This document shows positions 1 through 11,945 of a stretch of DNA of 64,000 nt, in pieces. The first letter of the stretch is position 1. Each line of letters begins with the position of its first letter. A model generated the notes under the pieces. That model was given only the letters and a program-made list of their open reading frames with translations, was not told the origin of the DNA and searched no databases. The DNA is from Tubulanus polymorphus. Lineage: Eukaryota; Animalia; Nemertea. The position numbers and the translations under genes are program-made. The stretch lies in contig NW_027437442.1 in NCBI RefSeq assembly GCF_964204645.1, positions 1 to 64,000 on the forward strand. The letters run 5' to 3'.

Positions 1-646
1 CTGCGCACAGTCACAGGATGTCTTCTAGTAAGAAACTTGACCAGAAATGTGTAGAACAAGTCTACAAAGCGGCCTACAGATTGAAGTTACCATGGCAAGA
101 AGTTTTCAAAGAGGATATGGATCTAAACTATTCACTTTATTATGTTCACCACAGTATCCTTATTTCGGCGTTATTTCAATTTCAGTTGAACTAAAAGCAC
201 AAGAGAGTGCGGGATTCGGTCAATATACCAACCGTAAAATGCGCAACGCTACTCGGCACATTTTCTATAAACCGGCACCGCGGAGACATTGGCACCTGAT
301 GCGACGCAGCTTAAAAGTGCCGGAATAAATCAGGACACCTATACTGCCAAATTCTGGGATACCAGCGGGGTGTCTGACCAACTAATGGACTTATGCATCG
401 CTGAACATCCTCACATAGAGCTTCTGAGAGACATACTGACTCAGGCGGCGCAAAGTGAGGCCGAAACTGATAACAATTACGATGACACTGATGATAACTA
501 AATTTTATTATGTAATCATTTTGTAAATGAAACCTAATACATTAATGCGTTGTTTATTTACTTCTCTTGTTTGCCTGTGTTTTGTGGTCACCCGTCAACC
601 ATTCAACCCAAGATTCCTTGTATATACATTGGCGACAACATTGCGA

Positions 647-844
647 CGTGTCGTCCGTCGACCGTCAACCAGCGGATCATATAGGTCTATGCACTCTATC
701 GTCTCTCATACGCATCGTGTCAGTCGTCGACCGTCAACCAGCGGCTGTGATGTGCACTCTATCATCTCTCCAATGGGCCAACAAACAACCAACAGTAGTC
801 AACTGTCACTAGTCGTCGGTCAACCCATGGACTCGAGTCCATGG
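647..844. repeat. Imperfect ~70-bp tandem duplication followed by a perfect 20-bp palindrome
   Basis: CGTCGACCGTCAACCAGCGG...TGCACTCTATC occurs twice (~655 and ~725); CCATGGACTCGAGTCCATGG at 825-844 is self-complementary. Confidence 0.7.
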
Positions 845-2532
845 TCAACCTGTACATGAACTGTTCCTTTGCCGCGCATTAATACCCAATTATCAATGTA
901 TTCATGCGCCAATGTATTAATAATGCGCTGATACATTAACCGCACAACTTATTAACTCTACGCCAATGCACTATACTATGCTATATCCGACTTGGGCCCG
1001 CAGGGTTTCGGTGATCGTTAGAAAAATGTCTGTTTTTATTGGGGGAAAATTTACTTGCGTGTATCCAATGCCAAGGCGAACACATCAAGCATGAAGCCCT
1101 AAGGGGGGTCTTTTGGGGATTTTTAGAGCCATTCTAATGTCATCACGTGTTTTTTTTGTAATTATAACTAGATATGGCCTCAGTTCTGACACTACATCGT
1201 CAGCCACGCATCGTGTTATTAAAACAGATCGTTACGTCGAAATAAACTAAAATAAAAACACTATAATGTCTTTATAGAACAAATTATCAATTCATTTTCA
1301 CAATTCCTCAAAGAATTCTTTAGGATTTAGGAAAAAAAGGACCACTTTTGATGACATTTCCTCATGCATCCACTCACTACTACACTGTCTTCGACCATAT
1401 GGACCTTATGGGCCTCTTGAAAAATGATGTCGTCTGCTAACGTGTGTAGCGTTTATCTTGGAGCCTGCCGGAAATATATGCGTGTTGCATGTCGATCCAC
1501 TAAATTACCAATGAAACGCAATGTGTTTCTACGACCTCGAAATAATTCTTATTCAAAACTTTGCCTTTATTGCTATGTTCATAGTGGCCTCGTACCTTTC
1601 AACCCATATAAAAAGATTTGTGTTACACCGTGTTGTGTGCCACCGCGTCTTTTTTCTTGTATTTTGAACACCCCCAATCCTTCGGCCTAGAATTTCTTAG
1701 CCTTTGTATTATCTTGTTACGCATTCCCAAATGTTTTGATACTTTCTCAATTCGAATGAGAAATATTGCCAAATTTTTTGTCCTTTAAGACCTGAAAAAT
1801 GATGAATTTACAGAATAAAATCGTAGAAACATGTCAACTATACCACAAAATACTTTGCGGACTAGTATATGAAATGAGTGTAGGCCATAGAGCTCAATAT
1901 CCGCATGTGATCTGGACTTAGAAATAAGATTACTTAAGCTACCAGTGAGCAAAACGCGGCAGGCGCACAATAGTAACTTCACCTTCATTACCGCCGACAA
2001 AGAGGACCGATATTTCGCAAGTTGGATTCGGGAGGTTTTAACCTCCCAAGGTCAAATCACTGAAAATCTGACCTTAATTAAAAAGGCGAAACACCCCGCA
2101 TAATTAGTTCCTATTCTAGCCACTAGGGGTGTATATTTTGAACGTTCATTCCAACTTCCGTGTTTTGTATTTAATTCAGTCATTTTATTATGGAAATTAC
2201 AAAACTTGGTATAAGTAAATATACGTACATATGTTCAATATGCCTGTATTTATTTTATCTTTATTTCTTTAACTCTTACCGTGCGGACAAATTCATATAG
2301 CGATACATTGTTGTCTCTGTTCAGCGCAAAGCTGTTAAATGCAATTAGATTTAGTTCGGGGATTTTTCATTTTATATAATATATGAGGAAAATATGTATT
2401 TTTCGTCATCGATGCGCATGCGTCATCACTACTGCAAAATGGCGGTACCCAGTGATTTCGTCAGTGATGCAATTTCAAAGGATAATCGATTTATGGCAAG
2501 AATATCCTAGCCTTTATGATATAAAATGCGTA

Positions 2533-2735
2533 TATCAGGAAGACATAAATAACTAACATATAACGAATTCCATTCAACGTATATACAAGGTTTATTAGAG
2601 TAATTTCATGCACTTCCGCCCTGCTTGCGAGAGCTCTAGTACACACACATCCAACGCCCTCTACAACACCACCGCGCATGTCACGCGGGAAAATAATAAT
2701 ACAATATAATCCGTGGCGGGAAAATATTCCCGACA
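2533..2735 (-). repeat. 3' LTR of the BEL element
   Basis: Near-identical to 5801-6003; terminal CA mutated to TA on the minus strand. Confidence 0.95.
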
Positions 2736-5700
2736 CAAAGTGTCTGTATCAATAACTTAGCTCTCAATGTGATCGGCGATACAAGCCCAAGAGGATCGAA
2801 CAATTTAGAAGCGTCTCTCAAGATAATACGTTTGGTGACGTTACTCGAACGCTGGAAAGACACCTCATGAAAACTGATTTCATCTGTAGACGAATCCCAC
2901 TTCAAACCAACTACTGAGGTTAAACCCGGTTTCTCTGCAACTCCTTCAGAATTTGCAAGTGACATAACTTCCCGTGAGTTACTCGACCAAGCCCTTACGT
3001 TGAAACCACCACGACATAGTAACTCTCTACAACCGTGATAAAAGTCGACTGCAGATGCGTCATCAATAAAAGACGATATGATATTGTCTACATAGATATT
3101 TTGTCTAATTGCGTCAGATATCTCATTAGGGTTCTGAATTAAATGTTTCAAAATCGTAGCATTGAGCAAAAAAGGCGAACAAGTCGCACCAAACAAAACT
3201 GATCGGAATCGAAAAATTCTGAGTTCACTATCAAGGTCATGAGGATCCTGAAACCATAAAAATCGTGTATAATCACAGTCGTCCTCGTGAAGTTCTATCA
3301 TCAAAAAAGCCTTCTCAATGTCCGATACGGCAACAAATTTGTGTTGTCTGAATCTTAACAAAATAGACGATAAATCATTGTGAAGTCTCGGGCCAACCTC
3401 CAAACAGTCATTTAAACTAACTGCGTCTCTACTAGCTTTACATGAACAATCGAAAACTATTCTCAAAGAAGTAGTCGAAGAATCTCGATACACAGCATGA
3501 TGTGGAATATAATGACATGCAGTACGGTTTGTTGATGTGTCTATACCTCCTCAATGAAACCTCGGTTTAATTGATCTTCAATGATGGCAGAATAATTTGA
3601 AAGATGTCCGGTTTTAATTAATCGTTTCACTGTTGACTTAAGCCTGTGAAAACAAATAGCAAAATTATCAGATAAAGGTGGATGAGCAGGTTTCCATGGG
3701 AGCCGAGCTATGTATTTTTTTCGATCAGCGTCATAAGTCAAAAGGTTCTCGCAATAATCATAAACTGTCAAGGTTTCAGGTGAGTCATCGGGATGCTGTC
3801 TGCCTAGGGATTCAAGAGTCCAAAAATCATGGTACTTGGTTGCCTCAGTGTCATCTAGCGTTGTCAACGTACTGAGAAATGAAGAAATGCTAGTTTGAGA
3901 AAAATCCGCTACAGGGCCACTAACAAAATACCCAACCTTGGACTCTAACGCAATAGGACCATAGCTATTATCCGGGCGGATCTGATTCTCCATAACAAAA
4001 TCGTAATAAAAATCACAACCTATCAATAAATCAATTGAAAATGTCTCATCATCAATAGGATGAGCTAAGATTAAACCTTGTAGATAATTGTAATCTTTAA
4101 GTACGGTTCTATCACCAAGACTAATAGGTTGTGCTATTTGTGGCACCACTAAAGCTTCAATGTTTATTATGGATTGATCGGTACACTAGACCTTTAAACT
4201 GACGACGTCCAGAGAACGGATTTGTGGATTTGAATTGACACCACCAAAACCAGTAATATTTATCTGATCAGCTCGAATGGGTTTCAAGCCTAACAAATTA
4301 ACCAAAGATCTATTGACAAACGTCCTCTGAAAACCGTCGTCAAATAAAGCGCCAATTTCAGTTGAATAATCTTTGCTTAAAACATGAATAACAGCCGTTT
4401 TTAACAGAACACAATTATTAAAACGCTGCGAACATTGAGTATGCATTTGAGTTGATCTGTCAACCTTCGGCGTTGAATAGACATTATTTCGTTGAGGACC
4501 AACTTTATGTAGAGAACTATTCTGGCCTTTATGATTCTGGCTACGCGCCGGTGAACCCAGTTGCAAATTTTGAGTACTTGTATGTTTATGATAGTTCGAG
4601 CCTACCGAATTAGAATTATTAGAAACACAAATACTGCTATGATGCTTTTTCCTACAAAATTTGCACCTAGTTTCTGATTTACAGTTAAGGGATATATGTC
4701 CTGTACGTAAACAGTTGAAACAAAGACGATTTTCTCGTATAAATTTCACCTTGGCTTCTACATCATATTTAATACAATTTATAGATGAGGGTTTCTCTCC
4801 ACAATATACACAATTTCGAGAAGAAAACGGATATTTATCCACCTGCCCTGATGCAATAAACACAGAGGCTTCGAAATCAGGCTTAACAGCAGTTTTGTTA
4901 CATAATTCTAGTATATCCAATTCATTCTTTAAGCATATCAATAAATTTGGGAATGACCAAATAGTCGAATTCCGACCCCGGGTCATATTTTGTACTAATG
5001 TGACTGGCAACCGTTCAAGCAAGACCGGAATCAATAATTCACCATAACTGTCTGGAGTTTTTCCAAGACCTTCGAGCGATCGGACATATAAAATAAGCTT
5101 ATCGTAGAATGCTCTAATGCTAGCTGCGGTATTAGATGGCTCGGTTAACTCTAATAGAGCTTTCATATAGGCTGATATTAAGCGCGAAGTTTCCCCAAAT
5201 CGTGACTTCAGTAGATCAACGGCAATTGTGTAGTTATCGGCGGAGGTCGATATACCGGCAATACAAGAATAAGCTTCACCGGACAAACATGAACGCAAAT
5301 ATGTGAATTTATTCATTGTCGGAATATCGGTTCTATGAACACCTGTTTCGAAGCTATCCCAAAAACTGCTCCACTCCAAAACATTACCAGAAAATTTCGG
5401 AATTTGTAAAACTGGTAGTTTAATTGGCAAAGTTCTGGGATTTGATGGACTGAACGAGGGCTGTAAACTTTCAACTTTTCCATTTGTATACTGCAAATTC
5501 GCGTTTAGTTTCAGCGACGGAACGTGCATAGTCGTCGTGTGTCATGAATTCTTTCTCAATTTCATCATCTCCGGCGAGGAGTGATACAATTTCGTAGTGG
5601 CACGATGTTAATTCTGACAATTTTTCGTCGACATGTTTTGAATGATCTATGAGTGCCTGGTTATCGGTCGTGCAGGCAGATATCAAAGCGTTAATGTCAT

Positions 5701-5767
5701 TCACGTACCTTGTTATGACCGAACGTAACCCACGACGAGTTCCAGTAAATTTCTTCAAATCCTCCAT
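2736..5767 (-). pseudogene. BEL/Pao gag-pol polyprotein (DUF1759 gag, three Zn knuckles, aspartic protease, RT), disrupted
   Basis: ORFs 5471-5767, 4186-5529, 3541-4149 and 2681-3493 carry KLPVLQIPKFSGNVLEWSSFWDSF; knuckles CFNCLRTGHISLNC and CKFCRKKHHSSIC; protease-like ALFDDGFQRTF; RT LRIVFDCS, DIEKAFL, FGATCSPFLL, YVDN; then FDPLGLVSPI running straight into the LTR. Frameshifts and stops lie between the ORFs. Confidence 0.93.
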
Positions 5768-5780
5768 GATTCTTCTCTTA

Positions 5781-5795
5781 GGTTCGAGGGACCAA
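5781..5795 (-). promoter_or_regulatory. Primer-binding site, tRNA-Tyr-like
   Basis: Minus strand reads TGGTCCCTCGAACC a few nt after the 5' LTR, close to the complement of the tRNA-Tyr 3' end used by many BEL elements. Confidence 0.75.
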
Positions 5796-5800
5796 TTTTA

Positions 5801-6003
5801 TGTCAGGAAGACATAAATAACTAACATATAACGAATTCCATTCAACGTATAAACAAGGTTTATTAGAGTAATTTCATACACTTCCGCCCTGCTTGCGAGA
5901 GCTCTAGTACACACACATCCAACGCCCTCTACAACACCACCGCGCATGTCACGCGGGAAAATAATAATACAATATAATCCGTGGCGGGAAAATATTCCCG
6001 ACA
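5801..6003 (-). repeat. 5' LTR of the BEL element
   Basis: TGTC...GACA termini; followed by the PBS on the minus strand. Confidence 0.95.
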
Positions 6004-6432
6004 GCGTAGAATTTCGAGACCGCGACAAGAAAGAAAAGGCCTTCAAGGAAATTGCATGAACAAGGATGGTAAAAAACATACGGAAATCTTTTTTCAAATG
6101 ATAAATAATTAAAATTGTGGTCGTATTAATTACTGCCCAAAACAATTGAGATCTTTCCATATTTTCGATTCTAGCAGTTAAAATAGACAGCTATTTTTAA
6201 GAATACAATCTTTTTTATCAGTAAAATGGGTAAGATGAAAATTGAAGGGACTGCGAGATAAGTACTGCAAGGCTGAAAAATCTAAGCCGCCTAGTGGGAG
6301 TGCAGCCAGAAAAATTTAAAACAAAACCAAATGGCTTCTGGATAAGCTGCAGATCCTTGCTCCGCATATAGCCAGCAGACCTTCAGTCTCAAATTTAAAT
6401 CAAGTAAGTATAAGAACATTTCAATTTGCATT

Positions 6433-6672
6433 TTATTATTGTTCGTAACAATATCAATATAGTCATAACATGAACAAAATCGCTACCGATTTTAAACCAT
6501 CGAATCCTGCCACGGCACAGCTTCTAATTTTGAGAAAAAGGTGGCGAAAAATTATTATTGTGTGTAACAATATCAATATAGTTACAACATGAACAAAATT
6601 GCTACCGATTTTAAACTATCGAATACTGCTACGGTACAGCTCCTGATTCTGAGAAATAGGTGGCCAAAAACT
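6433..6672. repeat. ~119-bp tandem duplication of the Harbinger transposase 3' end
   Basis: TAACAATATCAATATAGT...CATGAACAAAAT.GCTACCGATTTTAAAC...GGTGGC occurs twice. Confidence 0.85.
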
Positions 6673-7230
6673 ATGGTTGTGCTTTTGCATCTTTAGTTGG
6701 ATTTCGATCATTTGATGTACTATGCACTTCGCCATATACCAGCTGACATCGAATGGTTGTCTTTTTCAATGTCACCGACACTTGCATAAGAATGTTTTTT
6801 TTTTTACTAAATTAGTTGTGTTAGCAGCATGCGGCCAATATCAGGCTGGTTACTTTGTCGGGGGAGAGATTGTCATCAAAAATGCTCTAAAGCGGTTGGA
6901 TGCCAAAAGCATTTTCAATAACTCGACGAGCCCTTGAAAGCCGATGATTAAAAATGTTTTCCTTTTGTAAAGGTTTCTATGTGAGAAGGGCTTCACCATC
7001 GTATTTTTAATGCGAATGCATCATCGCCGACTAGATGATAGTTAATTTTTTATTCTGATTCTCCAATACGTACATTTTTCATCGGGAAGGTTTAATGAAT
7101 TATCACCCAGTGCGTTCTTTATTGATGAATCATTGAATACACCAGCATCACCAGCCCTACCCGCTGCCCAAACATCAACATAAACAAATCTGTAATTGTT
7201 ATCGGCTGTAGCTAGAAGTAAAACACAACG
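6611..7230 (-). pseudogene. Harbinger/HARBI1-type DDE transposase, C-terminal fragment
   Basis: Minus-strand motifs LLATADNNYRFVYVDVWAAGRAGDAGVFNDS, YHLVGDDAFAL, IFNHRLSRARRVIENAFGI and terminal YFSESGAVP*Q, with frameshifts. Confidence 0.88.
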
Positions 7231-8750
7231 ACAGACGACGACGACGACGACGATGATGAAAATGACCAGACTCAGCAGATACGCTCGACAAAAAGCTGAC
7301 ACAAAATAAGAAAGTCACATTATCAAGGAAGTGACAAGCTGGTGAGAAATTCAATCCTCTCCAAACCAGTCTACTGTTATGGCCAATATGTACCAACCAC
7401 ATTGTCAGATTTGGATCCAAAACTAAGTTTTCTAGCTCAAAATAGAAAAAAAATGAAATACTTTTTTCACGCTCAATGTGGAACTTTAATGGAAACATAA
7501 AATTACAGCCATTTTCCGCAAAATCAACAGCAGCCTTACTTTCAATCGAACTACAACAATTGGACACAATCAGAAGAAACTTTTCAATACTTCATCAGAT
7601 GTAATAAATTGTAAAGATATGATGTCATATTTCTTCAATCATTCAGTCATCGAGTCAGTACCAATAGTATTCAATTCATATCCTGCTTTTATTATCATAT
7701 ATCAATTCTATTTTTTCATCATTCAGTCATCGAGATACACCAAATAGTATTCGATCCATATTGCTATTACATCAGGCCGCTTCTTTTAGCGACTCTCCAG
7801 GGATTTTAAATTCTATAACAGCATTCTTTCTCGAGTGTCGAAAACCCGAGTTTCAGCTGCTCGTAGTTTCTCTACTGAAGCAAGGCTTATATCAATGGAA
7901 AATTCTGCCCCTCGTATTCCTGCATCAAGGAACCGCCTATACCTGCGGTACCTTACAGCTAGGAATGAACTTAACATCGTCAACGTGTATTTTCCGTTTC
8001 GTTTACGTTTAAATTGGAAAATGGTTGGCGTTTGGGAAAGAAATTAAACGCATACCAGACATTGTAACCATGTTGTATCAGCTTTAAATCGTTCCAATCG
8101 CGTGTACGATGCGCTTCAATTGGAAGATAAACGAAGTTAATTCTCTGCTGCCATATCGAAAATACATCTGAACAAATAATGAAAAACAATGAAAGGTTTG
8201 TTAGAATCCGGAAATTTCAATATTGTGCGTGAAGCAATTTCCTCTTTTAACACGTAAAATGATCGACGCTCCACAACAACTAATAATTCGGTTTATTCTT
8301 CCGCACCAGAATTTACCCATCTGTTGAATAAGCATCTGAGTAGAACATTGTCGAAAGGTTTCTCCACATTTGTTAGTTTCCGAATTACGGAATTACACAA
8401 GGTTCAAATGGCTTTTTTAATACTCATTTTCACAAACAGTAACAGAACCAGGCCACTTCAAAATTAACACACCGAAACTCTCTACTGAAAATCACACCAC
8501 AAACTCAAATCCTCTCTTTTCACGCACCACAAACTACATCTGACCTACTTCGTATACACAAATCATTGATAAACATCATTCATGTAACTATTAAACCCAC
8601 GACAACGAGACAATCAGAGGCGACCACTGCCCCCCCCCCCCCCCCCCCATATAATTGAGAGAATTCAGGTTCACCTATACGATGCTCAAACACATTTATT
8701 GATCAAGAAGTTTACGTCTTGTGTACATGCGTTTTCGGTGGATAAAGCGA

Positions 8751-8890
8751 TTATCCACTTTGGAATCGCCGGGCTACTCTAAACAATTCAGCTTCGGCCA
8801 ATTCTTCTTTCCGATTTTCGTCATTTGCTATAGCGAAGGCCCAGGCGGCAGCAAACATCGTGCATACCGGAACAGCCAGTTTAATCAAAC
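8751..8890 (-). CDS. Putative terminal exon of an unidentified small membrane protein
   Basis: Acceptor TTTCCGTTGCAG, then an open, relatively GC-rich frame LIKLAVPVCTMFAAAWAFAIANDENRKEELAEAELFRVARRFQSG* (hydrophobic helix plus charged tail). Confidence 0.3.
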
Positions 8891-10194
8891 CTGCAACGGA
8901 AAGCAACGCGTGTTATTGAACTGCTTGATTACTCTGGAACCTATTTCCATTGTAACACGGTTTTATGTTGACTGTGGACCTAGTACATATGTTGTATACG
9001 TTTAATTCAATCCTTTGGCAATGTCTGTGTTGTGCCTCCAAGATTTGATTATTCACATACGTATACGTACACAGCGCAGGACAAGACACGGGGTAGCGGA
9101 TAGGGTACTCCATATTTCATGCATTTTTATACAAAAATCTTTTAACGATGTCGTGCAAGGACCTTTTCATAAAAGTGTTATTCCTCGTGTACGTTGAAAT
9201 GATGGAATGGCGGGACTCAAACCTACTTTAGTTATAGCTGAGTCACTGAATACAAAACAACTTCAATGTAGTTTTAAACTGGTTTCCTAAAGCACTTCGT
9301 GCCATTCAAACTTTCAATGTGCATTTAAACACCTTTGATTCAGTTTAAGAAGAGAATTTATGTGTTTTGATATTAACTTCCCCTGGGCGGAAACTATTCT
9401 AAAAAGGCACGTACGATGTGAGATGTAAGGTACCGTACAGTGACCCAATCAACTACCCCACGTTTTATCCTGACCCAATATATACATATACAGCTTATTT
9501 TCTCCGACCATATCAGCTTGCATGTTGTACAACATGTCTCTAGCCCACACAACTAAATTGCACCCCATCTTTATAAAACCTGACCGGTGAGAGTATCCTT
9601 TAAACAGAATTCAGTGATTAATGTAACTACACACATTCAAAAGGGCGTGATCCGCCAACGTGTGGGTTTAATTCAACAATGTTCTGCAACTATTTGAGTT
9701 TAAATTGACCTGCAACGAATTTCCACGTAATAATGTTGGTTTAATTTGATATTTGATAAATCTTAAAATTTGTTGGTTCCAAACAGATGAGTACAAATAT
9801 TTAAGCAGTATACTTACTCAGCATTTTTAGTGGCTAATCTGGAGAATCCGATAATAATGCCTAGAAATGCGAATATGTTCATATAAATCAAATGTTAACT
9901 CATATCTATAAATTCCGCTGTCACTTTTCTACCCCCTTTTTCACACCGGGAGACTTTACCACGTTCCACTCTTACATGGATTCGAAGCTGATAGTATCGA
10001 GAGACTCTGCCAAATTTCACCCACGCTGGGTTTTGGATCTGATGGCATCGAAAAACTCTATCATATTTCCCCCTCGCAAGGATTCGAACCTGATAACATA
10101 GCCAGACTTTACCATATGTTCGTCCCTCGAAGGGATTCGAACCGATTTACATAACGAGTCAATGTCATGTCTATAAGGGATTTGAAGAATGTCG

Positions 10195-11945
10195 GGGTTC
10201 TTGCTCATCATGTTCGAATCACCAATCTTAATACTTACGTTGCAATGAACGGGTGAGTACTGTCTCTTCTAGCGAAATGTTGGCTAGAAATAAACGGTGA
10301 ATATATTGAAGCAAGAATCGATGAATTATTTAAACAGGCTTCGGCTTGATCAGGAGTGAAGAGATATTATTATGTTTGTTAGATGAGAGCAAATATTTCG
10401 AAATTCACATCTGTTTCACCAAACACGGAAGTGTTTCGTCGATTATTGATTGTAAACTCAGCGCTATATAATTTTGTACATATCGAAATTTATTCGATGA
10501 ACTTTTCTTTAAGTTAAAATTACTGTCGTTCTAGTGTTATCAGTAAAAAGCTTTGGGAAAGTTGACCAAAAGTTGGTTGGAGTTAACAAGTAAATAGTTG
10601 ACTTGGTGATTATTTGAACTTCATTGTTATTATGATATTTTATCCACCGGTTATCTTTTACCAATTTTTGAGCAACTTTGAAAATGAACTAATTTCACAA
10701 CGAAAGACTGAGAATTCGTCACAGCACCTGGTGGGCCAACGTGACGTTGCACCTCCCATACCGAGAGCCCCAAACTCCCCGGGATGGCTTCGGTGCTCGC
10801 ATTGACGTTGTAAAATAATTTGGAAAGGAGCCCCATTGAATAAAGCACACTTAAATTTGGTTTTAGACCCTTCCCAGAATTTAACCGAAGTCAGCCGCTT
10901 CCATTTTCATAACTCTAAATTGAAACTCCGTTGAAATCACGTAAAACATAAGACACAGCTGAAAATGAATTAACATAATGTTTCGATGATTCACTATCAA
11001 CATAGCGTCGCCAGATGTTTAATCCCAGTAGTAACTCTGCCTACGGGCCTGGCAAAGTTATCGTTAAGTTATACATTCCTACTCGTACTGCAGAAGGAAC
11101 TACGTAATTGAATAGACGTCAGATCAATAAAGAATCCCTTTACCTAAGGACTTTTGCGTTAAGAAAAGACCATATTTTCGTCAACTAAGTGATTTGCGAA
11201 GACAGATACAAAATAACTTTCAAAATTTGACGAATATTTTTTCGAAAGTGTAAAGAATATATCTTTGCGGTAATGCCGTCGATCCCGCCGCTCGGGTTCG
11301 ATCGGGGTTTGAATATTATATTTGATTGATGCTTGAAGGTACAGTACGGTACGTGTCCAATGCACTGTTCCTATAAATATTTTTGAAATTCTGGTATTGT
11401 ATATAAAGCATAAATTGTTTTCTTTTTCTCCTGATTTGTTGTTCATGTCATTTGATTCGGGCTCGGACAAACCCCCTTTTAGTGAAAGTTCCCTTTTCAA
11501 ATGACGCCTATTTTTTAAATTTTCTAAAAAAATTTCTCGAAAATTAGAAAGGGCACATGAAGTCGTTCCCATCAATCACAAACGTACAAAAGGATTTTTA
11601 AGGATGATAATTTCAATGAAAAAGACACATTCAGTCGTCTATCAATACCAAAAAAAACAAGAAAGGGCACTTACACGGTCCTAAGCCTCTACAACATTCC
11701 CCCCTTAAAGAAATTTTAGCCCGCAGGTTCCCTGCTCATCATGTTCGAATTGCTAATTCTAATACTCACGTTGCTTTCCTCCAAAGGTATGTTTGCTAGA
11801 AATAATACATGAATTTATATTAACTGTAATTCAATAATTATTTAAACAGACTTCGGCGTGATCAACATTGAAGTTATGTTGGATGGAAGTAAATATGGTT
11901 AAAAATCCACAGCTGTTCAATAAAACACAGAATAGTCTCGTCGAG
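10195..11945. repeat. Two diverged copies of a ~230-bp dispersed repeat (about 10195-10440 and 11725-11945)
   Basis: Shared TGCTCATCATGTTCGAAT...CTAGAAATAA...TTATTTAAACAG.CTTCGGC.TGATCA...AAACAC.GAA. Confidence 0.7.

Larger units (their letters stand above)
2533..6003 (-). mobile_element. BEL/Pao LTR retrotransposon, internally deleted (no integrase, RNase H truncated)
   Basis: 203-bp LTRs at 2533-2735 and 5801-6003 (about 3 mismatches); 5-bp TSD GCGTA at 2528-2532 and 6004-6008; primer-binding site; gag, protease and RT ORFs. Confidence 0.96.
2467..6403 (+). pseudogene. MADF (Myb/SANT-like) DNA-binding protein of the Harbinger element, split by the BEL insertion
   Basis: Removing the BEL element and one GCGTA copy gives MQFQRIIDLWQEYPSLYDIKCV|EFRDRDKKEKAFKEIA*. 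After a short intron, 6222-6403 reads KLKGLRDKYCKAEKSKPPSGSAA...KWLLDKLQILAPHI, a typical MADF C-terminal half. In-frame stops are present. Confidence 0.75.
2439..7230. mobile_element. Degraded PIF/Harbinger DNA transposon (convergent MADF gene and DDE transposase), interrupted by a BEL retrotransposon
   Basis: MADF domain on + and Harbinger transposase motifs on - (see the separate entries). TIRs not identified, so boundaries are approximate. Confidence 0.75.

Noticed and set aside
47-859. ORFs 47-328, 289-501, 527-859 and 567-812
   Set aside because: No recognisable motif; the first two may be the tail of a decayed gene or TE cut by the window edge, and the others arise from a local tandem repeat.
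1424-2000. LADD-like string on the minus strand suggesting an RT
   Set aside because: No other RT motifs and the frame is full of stops.
4661-5047. 128-aa plus-strand ORF
   Set aside because: Antisense shadow of BEL gag.
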